DNA of 62,804 nucleotides from Actinomycetota bacterium (GCA_036007245.1 DASYOY010000118.1:1-62804); one strand, 5' to 3'. Positions 1-9,013 are shown, counted from the stretch's first letter. Made by a program: numbers and translations. Notes: generated by a model not told the origin, from the letters alone.

Positions 1-1214
1 AACTTCGCGTCCATCACGTCGCGCAGGCGCATCTCGCGACGCCCGTCACGAAGCGCCACCAACAGCGCTTCATCGAAGAGGTGCTCGATCATCACGGGCG
101 TGTAGCCGAACGTCTCGGACGCCACGCGGTCGCGCGTCTCGCTCATGTCCAGCTCATCCTCGTGAACCTTCCGAACGAGGAAGAAGTCGATCAGCTCGCG
201 CCGCTCCTGCTTGGTCGGCACGTCGAAGTACAGGCGGCGATCGAAGCGCCCGGGGCGCAGGAGCGCCGGGTCGAGCGATTCGCCGCGGTTGGTCGCCGCG
301 ATCAGCAGGATGTTCGAGTACTCCGGGCGCATCGGGGTCATCTGCCACGTCGGCGGCAGGTAGCCGTTGATCCAGGAGATGACCTTGGCCTTCATCCGGC
401 GCCCGAGGGGCGGCTGGTCGAACGACTGCATCTGGATCAGCAGCTCGTTGACCATGTTGCCCGCGTCGCCGCCGCCGAAGAAGGCCGACGTCGTCCGCGA
501 CAGGTCCGTCGGCGCGGGAACGGCCGGGGACCCGCCGCCACGGGTCATGGCCACCGCGTCGATCTCCTCGATGAAGCCGATCGCGCCCCCTTCCTTGCGC
601 GCCGCTTTCCGGAGCTTGCGGAAGAACGACCGGATCCGGAACGCCGACATGCCCTGCCACATGGACTGGAACGCCGGCGCCGGGATGAACAGGAACGGCA
701 CGCCCGCCTGCTTGGCCATCGCCTTGGCGAGGAACGTCTTGCCGGTTCCGGGAGGACCTTCGAACAGGATGCCGCGGCGCGGGGTGCCGCCGAGCTCCTC
801 GCGGAAGGTCGCGTAGCCGAGGAAGACGTCGAGCGAGCGCATGACCTCTTCCACCTGGTTGTCGAGGCCCTTGATATCGGTGAGGCCGACCTCGACCTGC
901 TCGGGGTACACCGTGATGTGCGGCGAACGCCCGTTCATCAACATCATGAGCGGCATCCCGATGATCGCGATAAGCATCACGAACGGCGGGATGAAGAAGA
1001 TGGAGTCGGAGCCGAAGTGCGGCATCCCGAGCGAGAAGCCCGAGGCCCACAGGCGGTACAAGAGGTAATCGATCAGCGCGACGATGATGATCGCGCGGAC
1101 CACCTTCTTGAGGCGCGTGCGCTCGCGCTGGCGAAACACATCCGCGCGACCCTTGGTGGTGAGTTGGGATCCGGCCAACAGTGCACTCTGCGCGGTCGTT
1201 TCCTCGTTGCGCAC
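1..1214 (-). CDS. AAA+ ATPase, FtsH-like, membrane-anchored; partial (C-terminus lies beyond window start)
   Basis: This frame is absent from the ORF track because it has no stop inside the window. Hand translation of the minus strand from GTG 1214 gives VRNEETTAQ.. and two hydrophobic helices (VVRAIIIVALIDYLLYRLW; IFFIPPFVMLIAIIGMPLMMLM). It also gives Walker A GILFEGPPGTGKTFLAKAMA, Walker B GAIGFIEEIDAV, and ILLIAATNRGESLDPALLRPGRFDRRLYFDVP. The frame was checked down to codon 404 at nt 5..3. Confidence 0.8.
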   Translation of the reverse strand, partial: MRNEETTAQSALLAGSQLTTKGRADVFRQRERTRLKKVVRAIIIVALIDYLLYRLWASGFSLGMPHFGSDSIFFIPPFVMLIAIIGMPLMMLMNGRSPHITVYPEQVEVGLTDIKGLDNQVEEVMRSLDVFLGYATFREELGGTPRRGILFEGPPGTGKTFLAKAMAKQAGVPFLFIPAPAFQSMWQGMSAFRIRSFFRKLRKAARKEGGAIGFIEEIDAVAMTRGGGSPAVPAPTDLSRTTSAFFGGGDAGNMVNELLIQMQSFDQPPLGRRMKAKVISWINGYLPPTWQMTPMRPEYSNILLIAATNRGESLDPALLRPGRFDRRLYFDVPTKQERRELIDFFLVRKVHEDELDMSETRDRVASETFGYTPVMIEHLFDEALLVALRDGRREMRLRDVMDAK

Positions 1215-1420
1215 GTCGGCTCCTCGCGCGTATGGGCCGATCGGGGCATCGGCCGGGGTCGTTCGTGAGTGCCACGCTACATCGGATGCGATTTGCGGCG
1301 CATCAGACTTCCGGCGGTGTCGCCGGGTTCGAACGCAGGGGACCGAGCGGCGCGCACGGGTGCTGCATCCGGCAGAGCATCTGGCCCGCAAGCCGTCACC
1401 GCGGCGGTGAGCCGTCGCGA

Positions 1421-1426
1421 TAGGCT
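1421..1426 (+). promoter_or_regulatory. -10-like TAGGCT upstream of XRE gene
   Basis: TAGGCT lies 9 nt upstream of ATG 1436 with no SD in between. The same hexamer recurs upstream of three other genes in this window. Confidence 0.3.
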
Positions 1427-1435
1427 CCGCTGCCC

Positions 1436-1810
1436 ATGGCCCGCACCAAGAAACCGCCCATCGCGCAGCGCGATCGCGCCGTGATCGGCGCACTCCTGCG
1501 AGATCTCAGGCGCGCGGCGGGGTACCGCTCGGTCGACGCCGCGGCCGAAACGAAGGGGTGTCCGGCCTCGCGCCAGACCATCTATCAGTACGAGCGCGGC
1601 GCGATGAGCCCCTCGCTCCCTCAGTTCCTCGAGCTCGTGTCGTTCTTCGTGCTCGAGGCGCCGCGCGGCGCCGACGCGAAGGCCGACGCCGACCTGCGGG
1701 CGCACGGGGTGGCGGCGGTGACGCGCGCGCTCGACCTTCCCGCGTACCACGTCGCGGCCGCGCGTGAGCTGATCGCGAAGATGCAGCCGGTCGCAGGCGC
1801 CGCGCGATGA
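1436..1810 (+). CDS. XRE/Cro-C1 family helix-turn-helix transcriptional regulator
   Basis: 124-aa ORF with an HTH-like core, RSVDAAAETKGCPASRQTIYQYERGAMSPSLPQFLELV. Its stop overlaps the next start (ATGA at 1807-1810). Confidence 0.65.
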   Translation: MARTKKPPIAQRDRAVIGALLRDLRRAAGYRSVDAAAETKGCPASRQTIYQYERGAMSPSLPQFLELVSFFVLEAPRGADAKADADLRAHGVAAVTRALDLPAYHVAAARELIAKMQPVAGAAR

Positions 1811-2214
1811 TCGAGCTCACCGACGTCGACCACGTCGGCATCGCGGTGGGTGATCTGGACGACGCCGTCGCGACCTACGAGCGGTTGCTCGGCGTCGCAC
1901 CGGCGCACCGCGAGCGTGTCGAGGATCAAGGGGTCGAAGAGGTGCTGTTCCCTGTCGGGTCCTCCTTCATCCAGTTGCTCGGCGCGCTCGGACCTGAGAC
2001 GCCGGTGGGGCGCTCGCTCGAGAAGCGCGGCCCCGGCGTGCATCACGTCGCGTACCGCGTCGACGATGCCGCAGCGGCCCTGGCGCACCTCCGCGCCGAA
2101 GGTGCCCGTCTCATCGACGAAGCACCCCGTCCCGGGTCGCGCAACACGCTGATCGCGTTCGTGCATCCGGCCGCGATGGGTGGCGTGCTGGTGGAGCTCG
2201 TCCAGGAGCGCTAG
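1807..2214 (+). CDS. mce: methylmalonyl-CoA epimerase (VOC family)
   Basis: 135 aa with VDHVGIAV, GPGVHHVAYRVDD and FVHP..GVLVELVQ blocks typical of methylmalonyl-CoA epimerases. Genomic context includes ccr, pccB and the mutase. Confidence 0.85.
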   Translation: MIELTDVDHVGIAVGDLDDAVATYERLLGVAPAHRERVEDQGVEEVLFPVGSSFIQLLGALGPETPVGRSLEKRGPGVHHVAYRVDDAAAALAHLRAEGARLIDEAPRPGSRNTLIAFVHPAAMGGVLVELVQER

Positions 2215-2645
2215 TGCCACCCTTCGTCACGCGGCCGTGCGCGTTCGTTTTCCTCCGGTCCGACGACCGGGTGCTGATCTCGGAGATGCAGCACCCGGTC
2301 GAGGGAACGTTCTATCGCCCGCCCGGTGGCGGCATCGAATTCCAGGAGACCTCCGCGGAGGCGGCCCGCCGCGAGCTCATGGAGGAGCTGGCCGTGGCGG
2401 TCGAGGACCTCACGCTCCTTGGGGTTCGCGAGGAGATCTTCTCCATGAGCGGCGAGCCGTACCACGAGATCGGGTTCGTCTTCGAAGGCTGGATCGACGC
2501 CGAGGCGCTCACGGCGCTCGACGGACGTGCGATCGTCGAAGCGGACGGTGACATCGAGATCGCGCGCGTCGTCTCGATGGCGGACCTTCGCGCCGAGCGG
2601 TATGCGCCGCTCTATCCAGAGGCCGTGCTCGAGCTCTTGGACTGA
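2214..2645 (+). CDS. NUDIX hydrolase
   Basis: The GTG start overlaps the mce stop (TAGTG). Nudix box GGGIEFQETSAEAARRELMEELAV fits GX5EX7REUXEEXGU. Confidence 0.85.
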   Translation: MPPFVTRPCAFVFLRSDDRVLISEMQHPVEGTFYRPPGGGIEFQETSAEAARRELMEELAVAVEDLTLLGVREEIFSMSGEPYHEIGFVFEGWIDAEALTALDGRAIVEADGDIEIARVVSMADLRAERYAPLYPEAVLELLD

Positions 2646-2649
2646 GGAG

Positions 2650-3897
2650 CTACGCGGCGCCGCTGCCGGGCTCGGCCGCGCCGACCAGACAGCTCACGTT
2701 GCCCTCCGGCAGCTGCCCGTCGCCCATCAGCTGGTGCGCCTCGGGGATCTCGCCGTACGCGTACGTGTGACCGAGCGTCGTGACGACCTTGCCTCGGCGG
2801 ACCAGGTCGTTGAACGCGAGCGCCTGCTCGTCGTTCATCAGGTGGGAACCCTGGTAGCGCTTCTGCAAGAACCAGAGATACCGGACGTCGATCACGGTGT
2901 CGTAGCCGGTCGTGCCGGCGCAGATCACGATCATGCCGCCGCGGTCGCACACGAAGTTCGACGTCGGGATCGTGTCCTGCCCGGGATGGTCGAACACGAT
3001 CCGCGGATTCGACTTCTCACCGAGCGCGTCCCAGAACGCCTTGCCGAAGGCCTTCGCGCCGTCGAGCCAGCCCTTCCAGTCGGGCGAGTCCCAGGCCGGG
3101 GGCACGCCCCAGTGATCGAAGCGCTTGCGGTTGATGTACCCGACCGCGCCGAGTTGCTTGGCGTACTCGCCTTTCTCGTCGGTCGACGTAACGGCGACCG
3201 CACGGCCGCCGGCGTCGGTGACGAGCTGCACCGCGAGCGAGCCGAGGCCGCCCGACCCACCCCAGACGAGGACCGGATCGCCCGGCTCGACCACGTTGGG
3301 CGGCCAGCCGAAGAGCATCCGGTACGCGGTGCCCCCGGTGAGGGTCGGCGCGGCGGCCTCTTCCCAGGTGAGCTGCTCCGCCTTGGGCATGCACTGGTGG
3401 TCCTGCACCTTCGTGAACTGCGCCATCGAGCCCCAGCACGTGTCGTAGCCCCAGACGCGGAAGCTGCCCGCGAGCCCGGGATCTTTGCCGGCGGTCACCC
3501 ATGGGTCGTCGTGATCCCATTGACCCGGATGCACGGTGACGTGATCGCCCACCTGGACGCCCGTCGCCTCCGACCCGACCGCGTAGACGATCCCGCTCGC
3601 GTCGGAGCCGACGATGTGGAAGTCGGTCGGCTCGCTCCACCGCGCCTGGGTCTTCGTAACGTCGACCGGGATGCCGCGCGCCGCCCAGACGTTGTTGAAA
3701 TTGACGCCGGCCGCCATCACCGCGACCAGCACGTCGTGCGGGTCGAGCTCGGGTACGTCGATCACCTCGTCACGGATCGCGTCGCGCGGCTCGCCGTAGC
3801 GGTCGGGCCGTACGAGCATCGCGTGCATCTGCGGCGGCACCTCGCCGATCGGCGGCAACTCGCCGATGTCGTAGACGTCCTTGCCCATGGTTCTCAC
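2650..3897 (-). CDS. ccr: crotonyl-CoA carboxylase/reductase
   Basis: 415 aa with Ccr-type blocks LTWEEAAAPTLTGGTAYRML, VLVWGGSGGLGSLAVQL, IVFDHPGQDT and GGMIVICAGTTGYD..DVRYLW..KRYQGSH. These are collinear with Streptomyces Ccr as I recall it. GTG 3897 is the listed start; ATG 3888 is an alternative. Confidence 0.85.
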   Translation of the reverse strand: MRTMGKDVYDIGELPPIGEVPPQMHAMLVRPDRYGEPRDAIRDEVIDVPELDPHDVLVAVMAAGVNFNNVWAARGIPVDVTKTQARWSEPTDFHIVGSDASGIVYAVGSEATGVQVGDHVTVHPGQWDHDDPWVTAGKDPGLAGSFRVWGYDTCWGSMAQFTKVQDHQCMPKAEQLTWEEAAAPTLTGGTAYRMLFGWPPNVVEPGDPVLVWGGSGGLGSLAVQLVTDAGGRAVAVTSTDEKGEYAKQLGAVGYINRKRFDHWGVPPAWDSPDWKGWLDGAKAFGKAFWDALGEKSNPRIVFDHPGQDTIPTSNFVCDRGGMIVICAGTTGYDTVIDVRYLWFLQKRYQGSHLMNDEQALAFNDLVRRGKVVTTLGHTYAYGEIPEAHQLMGDGQLPEGNVSCLVGAAEPGSGAA

Positions 3898-3933
3898 CGC
3901 TTTCGGCTGGATGGATGGGGAACCCTAGCGAGG

Positions 3934-4152
3934 GTGCGGGAACGCGACAACGCGCCATCGACGTGCGGAGCCGCTCGGATCGACGAACGCTGGCGAACCG
4001 ACGGCACCCCGTCCGGCACGACGCTCGCGGCGAACATCGAATCCGGTGGATCCGATCCGCCGCAGACCTTCACGAACCTGAGCGGCTCGATGTTGTTCAC
4101 CGCAGACGATGGGGTGCACGGAACCGAGATCTGGAAGTTCGTGCCCCAGTGA
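3934..4152 (+). pseudogene. orphan single ELWxxDGT repeat (72-codon ORF, probable gene remnant)
   Basis: This is the tail of track ORF 2527..4152, the only part not antisense to ccr. It reads ERWRTDGTPSGTTLAANIESGGSDPPQTFTNLSGSMLFTADDGVHGTEIWKFVPQ*, one complete unit of the ELWxxDGT repeat. There is no signal peptide and no further repeats. The first in-frame start is GTG 3934. Confidence 0.45.
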
Positions 4153-5085
4153 TCAGGGGACGAGCACGGGCACCGCTTCGGGGTCGGCGACCGGACACTC
4201 GGGCGCGCGGTAGCACCAGGCGCACCATCTGCCGGGGTTGAGCGTCGCCTCGCGGCCTCCTCGCAGCGCCGCGGCGGAGCGAGCCGCCGCGATCACCCGG
4301 TCGGCCGCGTGGAACAGCAGCTCCTCGTGCACATCCTCGGACTGCCAAGTGCCGCCTTCGAGGAAGAACGACGCAACGCGGTACGGCGGGACGCCGAACC
4401 GCAGCGTGTGCAATAGCGCGTACGCGCGGTTGTCCTCCGCGTGCTCGGGATACGCGCCGCCGGTCTTGAGGTCGATCAGCAGCCGCTGTGCGCGCATCGG
4501 CTGCATCCGGTCGGGCCGGCCGATGACGAGGTCGACCTTGCCGGAGACGACGAGCGACCCGCCGAGCAGCTCGGCCTTCATCGGGAGCTCGGCGAGCGGC
4601 GCGAGCTCGCGGCGGAGATCCCGGAGCGGCGGGAACGAGCCCTCGAACAACGCGGTTCGCCGAGCGACCTCCATCAACAGGTCGTCCTGCTCGGCAGCGC
4701 TCAGGTCGCGCCAGTACTCGGCGAACCGCTCCTCCCGGTCCGCGGTGCGCGTGGCCGCGATCGACGCGGCGTCGTGCGGCTCGAGCGCCTCGCGCGCGCC
4801 CACCACGACCTCGATCGCCCGGTGCTGGACGACACCGACCGCGGTCGCCCGGCTGTGTGCGAACGGCGGCCCCTCCCCCGCGAGCCTGGACCAGAAGGTG
4901 CCCTCGCACCGGTCGAGGTCGTTGAGCCGCTCCTTGCCGAGCCACAGCGGGTCGCCGAGCTCAAGACCTCGCACGGCCTCCTCGATCCGGTCGCGTAGGC
5001 GCTGCGAGAGATCGGCCGGGAAGACGGGGCGGTCGGTGCCGATCAGCTGGTCGAGGGTGCGCTGCTGCGGTTCGGTCAGCTGCAT
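4153..5085 (-). CDS. PD-(D/E)XK nuclease family protein, Cas4/AddB-like Fe-S cysteine set
   Basis: 310 aa with an IDLKTG core. It has one N-terminal Cys (DRCEGTFW) plus the C-terminal CAWCYRAPEC (C-x2-C-x5-C). Confidence 0.75.
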   Translation of the reverse strand: MQLTEPQQRTLDQLIGTDRPVFPADLSQRLRDRIEEAVRGLELGDPLWLGKERLNDLDRCEGTFWSRLAGEGPPFAHSRATAVGVVQHRAIEVVVGAREALEPHDAASIAATRTADREERFAEYWRDLSAAEQDDLLMEVARRTALFEGSFPPLRDLRRELAPLAELPMKAELLGGSLVVSGKVDLVIGRPDRMQPMRAQRLLIDLKTGGAYPEHAEDNRAYALLHTLRFGVPPYRVASFFLEGGTWQSEDVHEELLFHAADRVIAAARSAAALRGGREATLNPGRWCAWCYRAPECPVADPEAVPVLVP

Positions 5086-5095
5086 GCCAGCATGC
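5082..5095. promoter_or_regulatory. inverted repeat GCATGC-CA-GCATGC at a 19-bp divergent gene junction
   Basis: Read directly from the sequence. The first hexamer contains the nuclease start codon. The second overlaps its -10-like TAGCAT (5092..5097, minus strand, 6 nt from the ATG). AGGAGG for the ArsR/DUF2087 gene follows at 5097..5102. Confidence 0.3.
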
Positions 5096-5104
5096 TAGGA
5101 GGCG

Positions 5105-5668
5105 ATGCCGACATCTCGAGGGAACCCAGACGACATCGTGCGCGCGCTCGCCGATCCTGAGCGGATCGCGATCGCGGGCCAGCTCGCGCACGCCGACCGC
5201 ACGGCAGACGAGCTGGCCGGAGACCTCGGCCTTGAGCCGAGGCACGTGATGGCACAGCTCGGGAAGCTCACCGCCGCCGGGGTCGTTGCGGTCGCAGACG
5301 ACCGACGGACCTACCGGCTCGACGTGGACACCCTTCGCCAAGCGGCCGAGATCGTGGGGCCGCCCCGCGACGCCGGGCTCGCGCTCGGGGCCGCCACCGA
5401 AGACGAGGAACACATCCTCAAGACCTTCTTCCGCAACGGTCGGCTGACCGAGATCCCGATGAAACACTCGAAGCGCGTGATCGTGCTCCAGCGGGTTGCG
5501 CTCGAGTTCGAACCCGGACGTCGCTACGACGAGAAGGAGGTCAACGCGATCGTCGGCGCGTTCTTCACCGACCATGCGGCGCTGCGCCGATACCTGGTCG
5601 ACGAGGGGTTCCTGGACCGCGACCACGGCGAGTATTGGCGCGCCGGCGGCCGGGTCGACGTCGACTGA
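5105..5668 (+). CDS. ArsR-like HTH + DUF2087 domain protein
   Basis: 187 aa. The N-terminal winged-helix-like part reads ALADPERIAIAGQL..TADELAGDLGLEPRHVMAQLGKL. The C-terminal part, FFRNGRLTEIPMKHSKRVIVLQRVALEFEPGRRYDEKEVNAIV..HAALRRYLVDEGFLDRD, matches DUF2087 as I recall it. AGGAGG lies 2 nt upstream. Confidence 0.75.
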   Translation: MPTSRGNPDDIVRALADPERIAIAGQLAHADRTADELAGDLGLEPRHVMAQLGKLTAAGVVAVADDRRTYRLDVDTLRQAAEIVGPPRDAGLALGAATEDEEHILKTFFRNGRLTEIPMKHSKRVIVLQRVALEFEPGRRYDEKEVNAIVGAFFTDHAALRRYLVDEGFLDRDHGEYWRAGGRVDVD

Positions 5669-5687
5669 CGCCTGCTAGGGTCGGCGG

Positions 5688-6134
5688 GTGCCGAGACGGT
5701 TCCTCGCGACTGTCGTCACCCTCCCCCTGATCCTCATCCTGGTGACGATGACGCCGACACACGCCAAGCCGGGCGTCGGGCCCTGCGACCTCACCGCTAA
5801 CCCTGGTGAGTCCATTGCGCATCTGATGCGGCGGCGTATCACGTGCTCGGTCGATCGCTTCGGCCCCGTCGGCGGCGGCGCGACGCGCGCGATCTGCATC
5901 GCGAAGCGCGAGAGCGGACTCGACCCGACCGCGTCGTCGGCCACGGGCGAGTACCTCGGCCTCTTCCAGCAGTCATCCAAGATGTGGCCCAGCAGGTACA
6001 AGGCGTGGACGCAGACGGCGTGGCAGCTCTCCACCAACGCGAAGAACGGGCGCTCCAACGCGATCGTCACGATCCGGATGGTGCACACCGCGGGCGGGTG
6101 GAAAGACGCCGGCTGGCGGGTCAAAGGCTGCTGA
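5688..6134 (+). CDS. secreted lytic transglycosylase-like (lysozyme-like) protein
   Basis: 148 aa with a signal peptide (LPLILILVTMTPTHA). CIAKRESGLDPTA...GEYLGLFQQ resembles the E-S...GLxQ catalytic block of SLT-type domains. Confidence 0.6.
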   Translation: MPRRFLATVVTLPLILILVTMTPTHAKPGVGPCDLTANPGESIAHLMRRRITCSVDRFGPVGGGATRAICIAKRESGLDPTASSATGEYLGLFQQSSKMWPSRYKAWTQTAWQLSTNAKNGRSNAIVTIRMVHTAGGWKDAGWRVKGC

Positions 6135-6169
6135 GCGCTCCCGCCGGACCGCTCCCCTAGACTCCGTTC

Positions 6170-7753
6170 ATGGCCAAGACCGAGAAGCCTCCCGCCAACG
6201 AGCGGACCGTCGAGGATCGGATCGAGGAGTTGCGGGAACGGCGCGACGCCGCCTTGATGCCCGCCGGTCCCGAGGCCGCCGACAAGCAGCACGACAAGGG
6301 CAAGCTCACCGCGCGTGAGCGGCTCGACATCCTGATGGACGCCGGCTCGTTCGTGGAGACCGACCCCTTCACCGTCCACCGCTCGCACGACTTCGGGATG
6401 GACAAGCGCAAGCCGCCCGGCGACGGCATCGTCACGGGCTACGGGACGATCGACGGACGCAAGGTGTTCGTCGCGTCGCAGGACTTCACCGTGTTCGGCG
6501 GCTCGATGGGCGAGGTCGTCGCGCAGAAGGTGTGCAAGGTGATGGACCTCGCGCTGCAGACCGGAGCCCCGTTCATCCAGATCAACGACTCCGGCGGCGC
6601 GCGGATCCAGGAGGGTGCCGCGTCGCTCGCCGGCTACGGCTACATCTTCGAGCGCAACGTGCGCTCGAGCGGCGTGATCCCACAGATCAGCGTGATCATG
6701 GGGCCATGCGCGGGCGGCGCCGTCTACTCGCCCGCTATCACCGACTTCACCTTCATGGTGAAGGAGACGTCGCACATGTTCATCACCGGCCCCGACGTGA
6801 TCAAGACCGTCACCGGCGAGGACGTGACGATGGAGGCGCTCGGCGGCGCGATGACCCACGCGACGCAGTCCGGCGTCGCCTCGTTCATCGGTGAGGACGA
6901 CGAGGACGTGCTGATGCGTGTGCGCTATCTGCTGTCGTTCCTCCCGTCGAACAACCTCGAGGATCCGCCTGCCTACGCGACGACCGACGACCCCGAGCGG
7001 CTCACCGACGCGCTCACGCATCTCGTGCCCGACCGCGCCGCCGAGGCGTACGACATGCACGAGGTGATCCGCTACGTCGTGGACGAGGGCGAGTTCCTCG
7101 AGGTGTTCCCGCTCTGGGCGGCCAACATCGTGACCGGGTTCGCGCGACTGGACGGGAGAAGCGTCGGCGTCATCGCGAACCAGCCGAAGGTGCTCGCCGG
7201 CACGCTCGACATCGACGCGAGCGAGAAGGCAAGCCGGTTCGTACGGTTCTGCGACGCGTTCAACATCCCGATCCTCACGTTCGTCGACGTGCCGGGCTTC
7301 CTGCCCGGAGCGACGCAGGAGTACAACGGGATCATCCGGCACGGGGCGAAGCTCCTGTACGCGTTCTCCGAGGCGACGGTGCCTCGCATGACGGTGATCA
7401 CGCGGAAGGCCTACGGCGGCGCGTACCTGGTCATGAACTCCAAGCACCTGCGCGCGGACGTCTCGTTCGCGTGGCCGACCGCCGAGATCGCGGTGATGGG
7501 CGCCGAGGGAGCGGTCAACATCGTCTTCAAGAAGGAGATCGAGACGGCCGACGACCCGGGCGAGCGGCGCGCGGAGCTGATCACCGAGTACCGCGACAAG
7601 TTCTCGACGCCGTACGCGGCGGCCGAGCGAGGGTTCATCGACGACGTGATCGAGCCCGCGGAGACACGGCCGAGACTGATCAAGGCGCTGCGGATGCTCT
7701 CGACCAAGCGCGAGGCGGTCCCCGCCCGCAAACACGGCAACATCCCCCTCTAG
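6170..7753 (+). CDS. pccB: propionyl-/acyl-CoA carboxylase carboxyltransferase (beta) subunit
   Basis: 527 aa with full-length carboxyltransferase signatures: [55 protein letters not shown], and [29 protein letters not shown]. Confidence 0.92.
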   Translation: MAKTEKPPANERTVEDRIEELRERRDAALMPAGPEAADKQHDKGKLTARERLDILMDAGSFVETDPFTVHRSHDFGMDKRKPPGDGIVTGYGTIDGRKVFVASQDFTVFGGSMGEVVAQKVCKVMDLALQTGAPFIQINDSGGARIQEGAASLAGYGYIFERNVRSSGVIPQISVIMGPCAGGAVYSPAITDFTFMVKETSHMFITGPDVIKTVTGEDVTMEALGGAMTHATQSGVASFIGEDDEDVLMRVRYLLSFLPSNNLEDPPAYATTDDPERLTDALTHLVPDRAAEAYDMHEVIRYVVDEGEFLEVFPLWAANIVTGFARLDGRSVGVIANQPKVLAGTLDIDASEKASRFVRFCDAFNIPILTFVDVPGFLPGATQEYNGIIRHGAKLLYAFSEATVPRMTVITRKAYGGAYLVMNSKHLRADVSFAWPTAEIAVMGAEGAVNIVFKKEIETADDPGERRAELITEYRDKFSTPYAAAERGFIDDVIEPAETRPRLIKALRMLSTKREAVPARKHGNIPL

Positions 7754-7765
7754 CGAGGAGCCAGC

Positions 7766-8032
7766 GTGTTCGAGACCGACGACGGACGGAAGATCGACGT
7801 CCCCAAGGGCCTGACCCTCGAGGAGGAGCGCGCGGTGCTGATGGCGCTCGAGCGCTACTTCGTCGCCGAGAACCCGAAGCCCGCGCCGTGGGTATTGCAA
7901 GGACGGATCGAAGCGACCGGGTTCGGCGCGCTCCAGGTTCGGCGGTTCGCGCGCGAGCCATGGCACGGGCAATGGGTGGAGTTCGCACGCAAGGGCGTCC
8001 CGCCGGTCCACGGGCGGAGCGACGTTCGGTGA
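7766..8032 (+). CDS. acyl-CoA carboxylase epsilon subunit (putative)
   Basis: An 88-aa ORF 12 nt after pccB, the position where AccE/PccE sits in actinobacteria. LTLEEERAVLMAL resembles the (T/D)EEELAAL block of that family. The family is weakly conserved. Confidence 0.5.
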   Translation: MFETDDGRKIDVPKGLTLEEERAVLMALERYFVAENPKPAPWVLQGRIEATGFGALQVRRFAREPWHGQWVEFARKGVPPVHGRSDVR

Positions 8033-8712
8033 TGGGGTCCTCGGTCACGCCGATCGATCCCGCGACGCTGCCCCGCGAGGATCCGCGGCTCGATCAGCGG
8101 TGGCCGACGACCCTCGACGGTGTCTCGACGGACGAGGTCGCCGAGATCGTGAGGCTGCTCGATGGCGCGGGGATCGCCTGCCACGTCGAAACGGTGTCGC
8201 CGCGCATCAGCGGTATGGCCGGGCACGTCGCCGGGCTCTACGACGTGCTCGTCCGGGAAGAGGATCTTCGACCCGCGGTGGACGTATTGGAACCGGCGTT
8301 CCCCGAGCGCTTCCCCGGCGTGAAGCTGCCCGACGACAGCCTGTGGCCGGGCGCCGAGTTCGGAGACGACCCGCGCGTGTTGTGCCGGCTGTCGTGGGCA
8401 CAGAGCTGGGACCTGACCGCAGCGCTCGGGCGTGCCGGGATCAAAGCCATCGTGCTGCCCGACGACGTGCCGCCGCCAGAGCCACCCGAGCACGGATCGC
8501 TGGGCGACATGCTCAAGGAAGAGACGCACGAGCTGATCACCGAGGCCGAGGACTGGACGGACATCGGGGCCGGGGCGCCGAGTCAGACCCCAATACAGGA
8601 TCTCTGGTACGTCGTGGTGGTCTTGAAGGCCGACCTGGATCGTGCCGCGGAACTCGCGTCGAAGGCGCTGGGATCCGGCTTCGAACTCGACGGCAGCGCC
8701 TACGACGGGTAG
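8032..8712 (+). CDS. hypothetical protein with two DUF2007-like small domains
   Basis: ATG 8032 overlaps the previous TGA (TGATG). The 226 aa come from the C-terminal part of track ORF 7471..8712. Two similar modules are present: VAEIVRLLDGAGIACHVE..YDVLVREEDLRPAVDVLE, and LTAALGRAGIKAIVLPDD..WYVVVVLKADLDRAAELA. Confidence 0.55.
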   Translation: MGSSVTPIDPATLPREDPRLDQRWPTTLDGVSTDEVAEIVRLLDGAGIACHVETVSPRISGMAGHVAGLYDVLVREEDLRPAVDVLEPAFPERFPGVKLPDDSLWPGAEFGDDPRVLCRLSWAQSWDLTAALGRAGIKAIVLPDDVPPPEPPEHGSLGDMLKEETHELITEAEDWTDIGAGAPSQTPIQDLWYVVVVLKADLDRAAELASKALGSGFELDGSAYDG

Positions 8713-8716
8713 CGGC

Positions 8717-9013
8717 GTGCCCGCCTCGATCACGCCGGGTTCGGCGACCCGCGACGAGGCGCTCGCCGCCTTCGCACGCGAGGACTGTTCGGAGCCGCGG
8801 TCGTGGGGCAACGTTCCGGGAGATACGTACGGCCGTCACGAGCACCCGCGCGCGAAGGTGCTGTTCTGCCTGGAGGGCTCGATCGTGTTTCACACGGAAG
8901 ACGGCGACGTGGCGCTCGGCGCAGGCGACCGCCTCGACCTCCCGGCGGGCACCGCACACGCGGCGACCGTCGGACCGGATGGCTGCGCGTGTGTGGAGGC
9001 GTGGGGTCCATGA
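8717..9013 (+). CDS. cupin domain protein
   Basis: 98 aa counted from GTG 8717, just after the previous stop. HEHPRAKVLFCLEGSIVFHTEDGDVALGAGDRLDLPAGTAHAA is a two-motif cupin core. Confidence 0.7.
   Translation: MPASITPGSATRDEALAAFAREDCSEPRSWGNVPGDTYGRHEHPRAKVLFCLEGSIVFHTEDGDVALGAGDRLDLPAGTAHAATVGPDGCACVEAWGP

Noticed and set aside
5675-8011. 778-aa minus-strand ORF
   Set aside because: It is antisense to pccB, accE and the transglycosylase-like gene. Its translation is Arg/Gly/Asp/His/Pro-rich low complexity with no motifs. Long stop-free antisense frames are expected at this GC content.
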